Positions 1-8,388 of a DNA stretch of 37,252 nt are shown here, piece after piece (position 1 is the stretch's first letter; each line of letters begins with the position of its first letter). The translations under genes and the position numbers were made by a program. The notes beneath the pieces are model-generated. The model saw only the letters and a list, made by a program, of their open reading frames with translations. It did no database searches and was not told the DNA's origin. The stretch spans positions 1 through 37,252 of the forward strand of contig JBCNVM010000011.1 of the NCBI GenBank assembly GCA_039630085.1, read 5' to 3'. This DNA is from Candidatus Caldarchaeales archaeon (GTDB taxonomy: Archaea > Thermoproteota > Nitrososphaeria_A > Caldarchaeales > Calditenuaceae).

Positions 1-596
1 AGGGATGGCAGGACGACCTCCTTCAGATACTTCAGACTGTGGAAGGGGTGGACCATTAATCCTTGACACAGAAGGCCCGCGAGCTTGATCATTGCCCTGT
101 TGACACCCGCCAGATAGATCGGTATCTCGGGGCGCTCGATCGGGCCTGGGTCGAAGAACGGAGTCATCAGGCTGATCCTGTAGAACTTCCCCTCGTATCG
201 CAACGGCTCGCCGTACTGCCAGCTTCGCCAGACCGCCCTTATGGCTTCTATCGTCTCCCTCATCTTCGAGACGGGCGATTCCCACTTCATCCCGAACCTC
301 CGCTCGATGTGGCCCTTCACCTGGCTGCCGAGACCGAGGACGAACCTGCCTCCGCTTAGGGCTTGAAGGTCCCACGCGGCGTAGGCGAGTGCGGTCGGGC
401 TCCTCGCGAACGCAACCGTTACGCCTGTTCCGACTAGCGACCTCTCCGTGTTCTGGATCACGACTGAGGCCTGTATCAGTGAGTCGTGTGAAGTCTCGCT
501 GACCCAGAGCGTGTGGAAGCCTGCACTTTCGGCAGCACGTGACAACTCGGCCAACTTCCTGATGTCGCCGGCGTAGATGATGGCGTCCAGCTCCAT
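1..596 (-). CDS. LLM-class (luciferase-like) probable F420-dependent oxidoreductase, MSMEG_2256/TIGR03617-like; 3' end runs off the window
   Basis: Manually translated; not in the ORF track. ATG at 596 gives MELDAIIYAGDIRKLAELSRAAESAGFHTLWVSETSHD...VAFARSPTALAYAAWDLQALSGGRFVLGLGSQVKGHIERRFG...SLMTPFFDPGP...PIYLAGVN...HPFHS, open to base 1. A purine-rich RBS lies upstream. Confidence 0.9.
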   Translation of the reverse strand, partial: MELDAIIYAGDIRKLAELSRAAESAGFHTLWVSETSHDSLIQASVVIQNTERSLVGTGVTVAFARSPTALAYAAWDLQALSGGRFVLGLGSQVKGHIERRFGMKWESPVSKMRETIEAIRAVWRSWQYGEPLRYEGKFYRISLMTPFFDPGPIERPEIPIYLAGVNRAMIKLAGLLCQGLMVHPFHSLKYLKEVVLPS

Positions 597-763
597 AGTT
601 TCTCCCCCTACCGGGGCATCTCAGCTCCAGACTTAACGGTTGCTCCCCAGTTGCCCGGGGTCGCGCAGCGTCGTGATAATGGAGTCGTATGCGGTGCGGG
701 CGCAACGCGGCCAGTCGCGCTTCATCACGGTCTGTCTCGTCACTGCCTGTGTAGTATTGACTC

Positions 764-824
764 GGGGTCGGCTCGGCTCTTCCCTCCTCACAGGTCAGTC
801 TGGAGCGACCGGCCTCATCCCCAC
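764..824 (-). ncRNA. Candidate box C/D 2'-O-methylation guide sRNA
   Basis: Minus strand reads C-like GGGATGA (821-815), 12-nt guide GGCCGGTCGCTC, D' CAGA (802-799), C' TGAGGA (790-785), guide GGGAAGAGCCGAG, D CCGA (771-768), then CCCC. The D guide complements the conserved archaeal 23S motif UCGGCUCUUCCC. A TATA-like ATTAAG is at 848-843. Confidence 0.75.
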
Positions 825-842
825 GTCATGTTCTCTCGGCGA

Positions 843-864
843 CTTAATGTGGTTTCGTTTATAA
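843..864. promoter_or_regulatory. Divergent archaeal TATA boxes for the sRNA (minus) and tRNA-Val (plus)
   Basis: ATTAAG on minus at 848-843 and TTTATAA on plus at 858-864, each ~20-30 nt before the respective RNA 5' end. Confidence 0.6.
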
Positions 865-887
865 CTAGGCGAGAAGCCCCTACGGCA

Positions 888-959
888 GGGGCCGTGGTCT
901 AGAGGCATGACGCCGCCCTGACGCGGCGGAGGTCGCCGGTTCGAGTCCGGCCGGCCCCA
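888..959 (+). tRNA. tRNA-Val(GAC), no intron, CCA not encoded
   Basis: Acceptor GGGGCCG/CGGCCCC plus discriminator A; anticodon arm CCGCC-CT-GAC-GC-GGCGG; T arm GCCGG-TTCGAGT-CCGGC. Confidence 0.97.
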
Positions 960-1516
960 CACACGTTAGCGGGAGCGTTTCGAGTGCGCGAGGAGGAGAA
1001 CGTCTCCTTCACGGAGGGCGGTGTCGCACTTAGCGTCGCAGCTGTCGACCCGCTCAGATAACAAGTTCTAACGCTCACCTGTGCCGTAACCATGTGACTG
1101 TCGGGCACCACTATTACGACCACAAGGTCATCAGAGCGTTCTGACTAAGACCACGCCTTAGCACACACCGAGACCTACCCTTACACTTGCACAGACGCTA
1201 ACGAGGGGCGAGGCGCAGCCTCTTAATGTCTCGACGCTGCTTCCATCATCACCGTCGTGATAGGGAATGGATTGGGGAGGGGGGAGATTATCTGGAAGCC
1301 TAGGGAGCTGGGGGGGCGACCTTTGCGGCGCGGTAGTCAGGCAAACGGAACGCGATAACGTGCTAACTGAACTCATGGACGGCAAGTAGCGGCTCTGCAG
1401 GAGTATTTGCACGAAGAACTGAGCGCTAGAACTCTCTAAGAGGGTATTCTGTCTGATCCTCAGAAACAGGGTCGAGAGGTGATGCGTTCTAACTCCGGCA
1501 TGAGCCCTGAGACAGT

Positions 1517-2215
1517 TTAAACCTGCTTTTCTTGTGCGCTGACTTCCGGCTCATGGACCTGCCTCGAGCCCTCCCTCGGCTCGGTCGCTGAGGCCAATTG
1601 CCACCCGGGATGATGACGTGAGGCCCACGATCGATTCACCTTCCCGTCGGTGAAAATGGCCCTGAGGGCCTGCCAGTTCGCAGGATTGACCGCGAGGAGG
1701 AAGTGGCCCGCGAGTGGAACGCCGACCAACAGGAACCCGAAATCGTGCACTAACAGCAGCACGAACTTGTACGTCGGCCCCAAATCGGTAAAGATCATGG
1801 GTATCCCCGAGATTCCGAGCAGGAATAGGCCGAAGTGCACGGTCATCAGGAACACCTTCTCCAATGGATGATGGAACGCTATGGTTGGATACTCGCGGCT
1901 CAGCCCGAACCAGTGCAATATCACGCGAATCGCTTGCCTTATCTCATCCCAAGAGGGCCACCACCACTCATCGCCTCGTGCGGTAGCTCCCCTGATCACG
2001 ATTAAGGGTATGGCCGCACCGAGGAACACGGTGGTCACGTAGTAATGCAAGAACTCTCGGACTGCCTCCCCTCCCAATAGATCATGGAGGGGTTTGAACA
2101 GCCTGCCGTCCAGCACTGGAAGACCCGAGATGAATCCCGCCGTAACGCCGACGAATAGGAGCCAGTGGGCGATTCGCGCGGTCCTGTTCCACCTGAGGAC
2201 GCGATCACCCTTCAT
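1517..2215 (-). CDS. Di-haem cytochrome b membrane anchor (FdnI/PhsC-like) of a molybdoenzyme complex
   Basis: Four hydrophobic helices. His17, His57, His157 and His171 are spaced like the haem ligands of FdnI-type cytochrome b. Overlaps the upstream Fe-S gene. Confidence 0.85.
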   Translation of the reverse strand: MKGDRVLRWNRTARIAHWLLFVGVTAGFISGLPVLDGRLFKPLHDLLGGEAVREFLHYYVTTVFLGAAIPLIVIRGATARGDEWWWPSWDEIRQAIRVILHWFGLSREYPTIAFHHPLEKVFLMTVHFGLFLLGISGIPMIFTDLGPTYKFVLLLVHDFGFLLVGVPLAGHFLLAVNPANWQALRAIFTDGKVNRSWASRHHPGWQLASATEPREGSRQVHEPEVSAQEKQV

Positions 2216-3014
2216 CCCTCTTTACCTCCCTCCTTCTGGCCTTCCTCACCTCCCTGACTATGTGTATCAGGCCTAAGACGACGGCCGCTGACATAGCCAT
2301 CTCTGTTAGAGGCCTGAACAGGTGATCCTTGAGGAAGCTCCAGTCCCTGCCCGTCACACCGAACGAATACCCGCTCCTGGCTGGGTAGTTGACGAGCTCA
2401 TACCCTCCTCGGCGCGGAATGAAGAACAGCTTCGGATTTGTCTGGAAATCAGGCCTCGGTCCTATGGCCACACCCGTCCTCACGAGCCTCGTGACCCTGT
2501 CATTGGGATCGTCGAGATCGCCGAAGATCCTAGCATCGAAGGCACACGCCTCTACGCACGCAGGCGTCCAAAGCTTCCCGTCTTCAGTCTTTCTGTGATA
2601 GCATAACGTGCACCTGTCGGGCACTCCCCGCCTCACCGCGTATCGGTGCCACGCCTTGTGCACTCCCACGTCGGGGAACCTTATGACGTCGTAGGGGCAG
2701 GCATCCTTACAGAGCCCGCATCCGATGCAGAGCTCTCCGTTGACTAGAACGACTCCTTCGCTCGTCCTGAAGGTAGCACCCGTTGGACAGACCGAGACGC
2801 ACGGCGGCGAATCGCATTGGACGCACTGCTCGAAGACCCGCCTGAGGACCTCCTCGGTTCCCGTCATCACGGGCAAGGTCCTCGAATACCTCACCGCCTC
2901 ACGGTCTAAGACAGGACCGGGGTTCAGAGAGGTGGCGTTCTCCAAGAGACAGGCCGCTACACAGGCCCTGCAACCGACGCACTTGTTCAGGTCTATGACC
3001 ATCGAGGGCCTCAT
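2205..3014 (-). CDS. 4x[4Fe-4S] electron-transfer subunit (PsrB/PhsB/DmsB family) with C-terminal TM helix
   Basis: Motifs CVGCRACVAAC, CVQCDSPPCVSVCP, CIGCGLCKDACP, CTLC...PACVEAC and FGDLDDP; hydrophobic tail AMSAAVVLGLIHIV. ATGA overlap with the upstream gene. Confidence 0.93.
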   Translation of the reverse strand: MRPSMVIDLNKCVGCRACVAACLLENATSLNPGPVLDREAVRYSRTLPVMTGTEEVLRRVFEQCVQCDSPPCVSVCPTGATFRTSEGVVLVNGELCIGCGLCKDACPYDVIRFPDVGVHKAWHRYAVRRGVPDRCTLCYHRKTEDGKLWTPACVEACAFDARIFGDLDDPNDRVTRLVRTGVAIGPRPDFQTNPKLFFIPRRGGYELVNYPARSGYSFGVTGRDWSFLKDHLFRPLTEMAMSAAVVLGLIHIVREVRKARRREVKRDEG

Positions 3015-4171
3015 GACCTCAACCTCCTTACCCTAACCCGGAAGTCATTGAGGGCTGCGCATCCTATGCCTTCTACGATCACCAGATCGGAGAGGAAATT
3101 CGTGTTCAAACCGTGCCTCGGCATGAACTCAAATCTCACCTGTCCACCCTCGTGGAGGCCGGGCGTGAGTCCATGTACACCGCAGACGACCTCGTCGCGC
3201 ATGAGGTCCGAGAGTTCAACCTTCACTTCCAGCTCTCCGCCGTCGGCGGTGAGCCTAACCAGATCTCCCCCCTTTAGTCCGACCCTGCTGCCCCTTCGCC
3301 GACTGATGAAGACGCCATCGTCTCCGCCGAGCTCCAGAAGTCCTACGAGCTCCGGAGAGTCACGCGTCCACGTGTTGATCGCGATCAGTGGATGCTGATA
3401 GTCAACAGGCACGAACTCGTCCTCTCCGAGTTCACTCCCCTCCTCCATCCAACGCGGTGGTATCCAAGTCGGCAACGGGTTCAGGTTGTGTGGTTTGCTC
3501 AGGTAGTCGCTGAACGTCTCTAGCGCCCGCAGGTTGATGAGCTCTATCTCGCCGGTCTCAGTCGGCAGGACGCCGGCCTCACCAAGTGGCAGGTAGTGGG
3601 GCTCGTCATACGTGGAGATCACGCCCTGCTCTGACAGCCTACGGTAGTCGACCTCGAGGAGTTTGCACTGCTCTCGCCAGACGCTCTCGGGGTTAAGCAG
3701 CGCCTCCGCCTTCGCGGCCTTCTCGGGGAAGAGGCGCTTGACCAATTCGTAGACTATCTCGGAGACGCTCTTCGCGTCGACGTTCTCCGGCGGATCGACG
3801 GCTTTCCTAGAAAGGGCTAACTGACCCACGTGAGACTTAGAGACTTGACAGACGGTCGCGTTGTCCGACTCGAAGAAGAATCGAGTGGGCAGTACTACGT
3901 CAGCGTACTTAGTGGTCTCGTTCCACGTAGTGTCCATAACAAGCACGAAGTCCAACTTCTTCAAGGCATTCACGACGTTCCTGTCACACGGGATGTGAGC
4001 TACAAGGTTCTGCCACAGGATCACAGCACCCTTTATCGGGTAAGGTCTCTCCTCGAGGATGCTCTTAATGGCGAGCATAGAGAATGACGTCTCGGAGGCC
4101 AGCGGATACCCGTGCCTCCTCCAATAGGACGGAATGCTCTCAACACTTGCCTGCGACAACCTTGAATCCAC
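3011..4171 (-). CDS. Molybdopterin oxidoreductase catalytic subunit, C-terminal part (after frameshift)
   Basis: Motifs PYPIKG, NETTKYADVVLP, TETGEIEL and a C-terminal molybdopterin dinucleotide-binding domain (GLKGGDLVRL...HG). Continues the 4140-5519 ORF in another frame. Confidence 0.85.
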   Translation of the reverse strand: MDSRLSQASVESIPSYWRRHGYPLASETSFSMLAIKSILEERPYPIKGAVILWQNLVAHIPCDRNVVNALKKLDFVLVMDTTWNETTKYADVVLPTRFFFESDNATVCQVSKSHVGQLALSRKAVDPPENVDAKSVSEIVYELVKRLFPEKAAKAEALLNPESVWREQCKLLEVDYRRLSEQGVISTYDEPHYLPLGEAGVLPTETGEIELINLRALETFSDYLSKPHNLNPLPTWIPPRWMEEGSELGEDEFVPVDYQHPLIAINTWTRDSPELVGLLELGGDDGVFISRRRGSRVGLKGGDLVRLTADGGELEVKVELSDLMRDEVVCGVHGLTPGLHEGGQVRFEFMPRHGLNTNFLSDLVIVEGIGCAALNDFRVRVRRLRS

Positions 4172-5519
4172 CCTCCGGGAGGGGAACAGGGACGGAGAGC
4201 TTCCTCGACCATGCGATTCCTCCCTTACTTCCCCACGAGCCTATCAGGACGTTGATGAGCGCGTTAACGCGGTGAAGCATCGGCTCGTTGCGATATCTAA
4301 CGGACTTGTAGCCCGGATCTATGAAGGCCCTAGATCCATAACTGGCCAGAGTTCTAGCGATCCATACGATATCCTTCGAATCGACACCGCTTATCGACTC
4401 AGCCCATTCAGGTGTATACCTCTCCAGTGTCCTCCCCAAGATGCGAAGTGCGGTGATTACGCGCCTCCCCTCGAATATCCCTGAAAAGTCGAGTTTCGCT
4501 CTCTTCGCCTCGGTCTTGAACCGATACATTTTATCGACATCGCAGTAGACTAGATAGTCCAGCTTACCAGCTCTGTCGCCGACCTCCACCCTCCTTAGCT
4601 TCACAGGCTTCATGGTGTCCTCGTAGAATAGCATGCCTGCGTTAGTGTAACTGTTGAGATAGTCTGCGTTGTATAATTTGTTCACAATTATCTCCCTCGC
4701 AATAGCGAGGGAAACTGCCAAGTCCGTACCTGGTCTTATCAGATAGTACTTCTCTGCCACTTCACATATCTCGCTGTACCTAACGTCGAACACTACCACC
4801 CTCAGTCCTCTGGAGACGGCCTCCGACAGCGACTTCGTCCACGGTGCGGCGACGATGCCGCCGTAAGGGTTCCTTCCCATGAAGACTACGAATTGGGCGT
4901 GCTCGTAGTCGGGATGGGTAGCTCCTGGTCCCACGAACCTCCCGAAAAGGAACCAGCGCCCCGCGGCCGACCCGTGAAAGCAAGTGTCCGCGTGGTCCGT
5001 CACATTAGGGGTCTTTATGAGCCTCGCGAACTCGTCCAGTATAGGTGCCTCCCACCCCTGATGTGAGAAGAACACCAACTGGTGTGGGGCAGACGTAAAC
5101 TTCCTGAGGTTCTGGGCGACGTAATCGAGGGCCTCTTCCCAGCTAACAGGTCTGAAGGAACCGCTTCCTCGGGGACCCTCGCGTATCATAGGACTTTTGA
5201 TCCTGCGAGGGTGCTTGTGGGCATAGGGAATCGCGAAAACCTTCCCGCATACCGCGTAGTACTGCGGCCTAGTGGGCTCGACGTTGGGCGCTACGCCGAC
5301 GATCGTGTCGCCGTTGAGTACCTTCAGCCTAACAGGGCAACCCTGGCCGCAGATGGTGCAAGCCCCAGCCACCCACTTGACATCACCCCTAAGGTCATCC
5401 GTTCGGGTGAATGAACCCCCTCGAGGGGTAAGGGGGCTTGAAAAGAACAGGGCGGGAACTGCGGTTGAGGCGGCCACAATACCCCTGAGTAGCGCACGGC
5501 GTGTGGTCGACGTCCTCAT
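4140..5519 (-). CDS. Tat-exported polysulfide/thiosulfate reductase-type (PsrA/PhsA family) Mo-bisPGD catalytic subunit, N-terminal part
   Basis: Twin-arginine leader TRRALLRG, FS0 motif CTICGQGC...CGK, RIKSPMIR...VSWEEALD, Mo-ligand region DHADTC (like PhsA HASTC), and IRPGTDLA. Confidence 0.88.
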   Translation of the reverse strand: MRTSTTRRALLRGIVAASTAVPALFFSSPLTPRGGSFTRTDDLRGDVKWVAGACTICGQGCPVRLKVLNGDTIVGVAPNVEPTRPQYYAVCGKVFAIPYAHKHPRRIKSPMIREGPRGSGSFRPVSWEEALDYVAQNLRKFTSAPHQLVFFSHQGWEAPILDEFARLIKTPNVTDHADTCFHGSAAGRWFLFGRFVGPGATHPDYEHAQFVVFMGRNPYGGIVAAPWTKSLSEAVSRGLRVVVFDVRYSEICEVAEKYYLIRPGTDLAVSLAIAREIIVNKLYNADYLNSYTNAGMLFYEDTMKPVKLRRVEVGDRAGKLDYLVYCDVDKMYRFKTEAKRAKLDFSGIFEGRRVITALRILGRTLERYTPEWAESISGVDSKDIVWIARTLASYGSRAFIDPGYKSVRYRNEPMLHRVNALINVLIGSWGSKGGIAWSRKLSVPVPLPEGGFKVVAGKC

Positions 5520-5535
5520 CGATTACACCCGAGTC

Positions 5536-6105
5536 TTATTTCTCCACCGGGTATCCCTTTGCGACCCAGTCGCCGAACCCGCCCCTGAGGTTGAAGACCT
5601 TCTCGTAGCCCATCATCCTCAGCATGGTCATGGCCATCGCTGATCGTACTCCAACCGCACAGTACACCACGATCGTTGCGTCCTTAGGAAGCTTGTCCAC
5701 GTTCTTGGGAACCTCTCCGAGCCTGATGTGAATGGCCCCGGGTATGCGTCCGGCGTCCCACTCGGTCTTCTCACGCACGTCAACCACGATTATCCGCTCT
5801 CCGGCATCGAGCTTCTCCTTCAGCTCCTTAGAGTCGATGAACCACCAGCGCCCTACTGGGATCTCGGTCGCGAATTTGTCAGCTGCCTGCTGAACGATCT
5901 TGAATGGATCAACCTTCTGCTCCACCGTGACCGTTACTACCCGCTCGACCGTGAACGTCCTGTACTCCGTGACCGGTCTCTCGTGAACCACCGTCTTTGT
6001 GACAGGTTCAACGGGCATGAGCGCCGGCCTCGCGATGATACCTACGGCGAATCCTACCACTAATCCTACGACGACTAAGGCAGATACTAGAGGTCCAACC
6101 TTCAT
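5536..6105 (-). CDS. Membrane-anchored rhodanese-domain sulfurtransferase (Sud-like)
   Basis: N-terminal TM helix, T/V-rich linker, rhodanese motifs VVDVRE, GRIPGAIHI, active-site loop CAVGVRS and LRGGFGDW. Strong RBS GGTGAGGGAGG at 6120-6110. Confidence 0.92.
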   Translation of the reverse strand: MKVGPLVSALVVVGLVVGFAVGIIARPALMPVEPVTKTVVHERPVTEYRTFTVERVVTVTVEQKVDPFKIVQQAADKFATEIPVGRWWFIDSKELKEKLDAGERIIVVDVREKTEWDAGRIPGAIHIRLGEVPKNVDKLPKDATIVVYCAVGVRSAMAMTMLRMMGYEKVFNLRGGFGDWVAKGYPVEK

Positions 6106-6109
6106 GTTT

Positions 6110-6147
6110 CCTCCCTCACCAAAATATTTCTAAAGGTCAGATAAATA
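6110..6147 (-). promoter_or_regulatory. Promoter (TATA) and RBS of the rhodanese-molybdoenzyme operon
   Basis: TATTTAT at 6147-6141 on minus in an AT-rich stretch; GGTGAGGGAGG ends 4 nt before the ATG at 6105. Confidence 0.6.
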
Positions 6148-6456
6148 GGTGATTGTATTGTAGATGATTTCACACAATCGTATACAAAACTAGGCATTTG
6201 AATACACGACACGCGTGGGCAGTCATAAAAAAGAAGGACCACACTAATGAGGCGCCGCGGGGCGCATCGTCGAAACGAGCAGATTCGACGGGAACCATCG
6301 GGGCCTCAGAGGTGGCAATGTGCAGCCGGTAAGCGTTCAAAAGCGATAACCATGTGCCCACGAGGGCGCAGACAGCTAACCCTCTCGCATTGAAATGGAA
6401 TCATTATGCCTGGAGATCCACTTATTATAGGTCTTCGTGTGATCGGAGAGGAAAAT

Positions 6457-6788
6457 GTGAGCGCAGAGAAGTCTTTATTGCTAGAGCGGGATGACATCGC
6501 AGAGGAGGTTGAGGACCACGCAGCGAGGTGACGGGCTACGGCTTCAGTCCCGATGCCATAGTCAGCACGCGCAGAGGAGGGCTTTTCGTTGCGGACCTGT
6601 TCTCGGACGTGCAGAACGCGATGATGGTCGTCCCGCTGGTCATGAGGAGCTACGTCGACGTTAAGGAGCGCGGTGTGCCGATTATCCCGCAGGCCGAATA
6701 GGACATCCTCAGCGGGAAGAGGGTGATGCTGGTGGACGACATCTCGGACGAGGGCGAGACGCTCGACCGCTCATACGGTCCGCGGTGA
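6457..6788 (+). pseudogene. Degraded type I (purine) phosphoribosyltransferase
   Basis: GTG 6457 gives MSAEKSLLLERDDIAEEVEDHAAR*. A frameshift at ~6528 continues VTGYGFSPDAIVSTRRGGLFVADLFSDV..., then an in-frame TAG at 6699-6701, then the PRPP-binding motif LSGKRVMLVDDISDEGETL and a premature TGA at 6786-6788. Confidence 0.85.
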
Positions 6789-6859
6789 AGCGGTGCCGAG
6801 TCGGTCTAATACGGATAAATATCGAGATCCGTCAGACGCCAACGGAGGTGGTGTAGGTC

Positions 6860-7816
6860 GTGACGTCGGCGGTCGGGGTGTCGCTGCTCAAGCTCAGGCT
6901 GACGATGGCGGGCGTCTGGTTCGCGGTCTTCGGGGCCGCAGCGCTGATCCTCACGGCGATAATCCTCTACCTCGGGCTGCCCGCGTTCTACGTCTACGGC
7001 GTCATCGGCTTCGTGCTGGTCCTGAACATCTTTCAATGGCTCTTCGGACCCTACATGATCAATGCAGTCTACCACGCGAGGCCTGCTGATCCAGTATCCG
7101 AGGGCTGGCTCTACGAGGCCGTCAGGAACCTAGCGCGGCGCAGCGGCCTCTCGAAGGAGCCGAAGGTCATGGTCGCGGAGATCGACCTGCCAAATGCCTT
7201 CGCTTACGGCAGCCCGCTGACGGGGCCGGCGGTCGCGGTGACCCGTGGAATACTGAGGAGGATGCCCCGCGACGAGCTGGAGGCGGTCCTTGCACACGAG
7301 GTAGGACACCTGAAGCACAGGGACGTGATGGTGATGCTGATGATCAGCCTGCTCCCCGCCATCATCTACTACATCGGATACTCACTCTACATGTCCGGAG
7401 TTCTGGGAGGCGGCAGGAGGAATGGCGGCGCGTACGCCCTGCTCGTGGGGCTCGCGCTGATCGCTCTGAGCTTCGTCTTCAACATCTTCGTCTTCCTGAT
7501 GAGCAGGCTCAGGGAGTACTACGCGGACTCACACGCGGCGCTTGTGGTCCCCGACGGCGCGAGGAAGCTCCAGAGGGCTCTGGTCAGGATCATGGCCCTC
7601 ACGGGCAGAGTTAGGCCCGAGGAACGCGTAAAGTCCGAGACTCTGAAGATGTTTTTCATCTCGGACCCCGAGACCTTCGTCGATCCTGACGTGAACGTCG
7701 ACGCGGTGATCGAGAGGCTCCGGAGGACCAGGCCAAACCCGCTGGCCGACCTATTCAGCACACACCCGCATCCGGCGAAGAGGATCCAGCACCTCGACAG
7801 ATTTGTCGGCGCCTAA
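6860..7816 (+). CDS. htpX: HtpX zinc metalloprotease (peptidase M48)
   Basis: Motifs PNAFAYG, AVLAHEVGHLKHRD, SRLREYYAD and LFSTHP; TM helices; RBS GGAGGTG. Confidence 0.95.
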   Translation: MTSAVGVSLLKLRLTMAGVWFAVFGAAALILTAIILYLGLPAFYVYGVIGFVLVLNIFQWLFGPYMINAVYHARPADPVSEGWLYEAVRNLARRSGLSKEPKVMVAEIDLPNAFAYGSPLTGPAVAVTRGILRRMPRDELEAVLAHEVGHLKHRDVMVMLMISLLPAIIYYIGYSLYMSGVLGGGRRNGGAYALLVGLALIALSFVFNIFVFLMSRLREYYADSHAALVVPDGARKLQRALVRIMALTGRVRPEERVKSETLKMFFISDPETFVDPDVNVDAVIERLRRTRPNPLADLFSTHPHPAKRIQHLDRFVGA

Positions 7817-7853
7817 TGACGTCGTGCGCTTGCGGATCGGAACTCTGACGGGC

Positions 7854-8324
7854 CTACCTAGTCGAGAGTTCCCGCAGTAGCTCCGGCCTCCCCCTGAAGA
7901 GCTCTAGGACTTCGACCAACCTCTTCAGGGTGAGGGCGCTGAGCCCGTGCTCTAAGTACTCGGCCTCCGCCTCAGCGACCTCCTCGGGAATTCCCAAGAC
8001 CTTCAGAAGCTCGACGAGGACATCGTGCCTGTGCAGGACCTCTGAGGCTAGCCTCCGTCCGCTCTCCGTGAGCACGAAGCCCCTGTAACGCTCGTAGGTG
8101 ATGTATCCGAGCTCGTGGAGCCTCTTGAGCATCTTGGTCACCGCGGGAAGCTTGACGTTCAGGTGCGAGGCGACATCGGAGGACGTGGCGTAGCCCTTCA
8201 CCCTCTCTAGCGCGTAGATCACCTCGAGGTAGTCCTCGACGTCCGGCTGGGGCCTCCTCTTGGAACGTCTCACCCTTCTGATCTGCTGGAGAATCGCGGC
8301 TTCCCTTCCCGCCCCGCCCTCCAA
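7854..8324 (-). CDS. DtxR/MntR-family metal-dependent transcriptional regulator
   Basis: EDYLEVIY, HTH (SSDVASHLNVKLPAVTKMLKRL), YRGFVLT, RH and EAEYLEH metal-site residues. Confidence 0.93.
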   Translation of the reverse strand: MEGGAGREAAILQQIRRVRRSKRRPQPDVEDYLEVIYALERVKGYATSSDVASHLNVKLPAVTKMLKRLHELGYITYERYRGFVLTESGRRLASEVLHRHDVLVELLKVLGIPEEVAEAEAEYLEHGLSALTLKRLVEVLELFRGRPELLRELSTR

Positions 8325-8388
8325 ATCACGCCTATCCCGATGAGCCGCTATATCTCCGTTGATCGAACGCCGGGTCAGGTGGGTGGGA

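Noticed and set aside
960-1516. Short ORFs (899-1123, 1158-1412), small hairpins and isolated TGATGA motifs
   Set aside because: There are no protein motifs, and the C-box-like words lack correctly spaced D'/C'/D partners or recognisable rRNA complementarity.
6699-6701. In-frame TAG as possible pyrrolysine or read-through codon
   Set aside because: The same gene also has a frameshift and a truncation, and no pyl genes are in view; decay is the simpler explanation.
888-6800. Intact integrative element at tRNA-Val
   Set aside because: I found no integrase or transposase and no direct repeat of the tRNA 3' end downstream.
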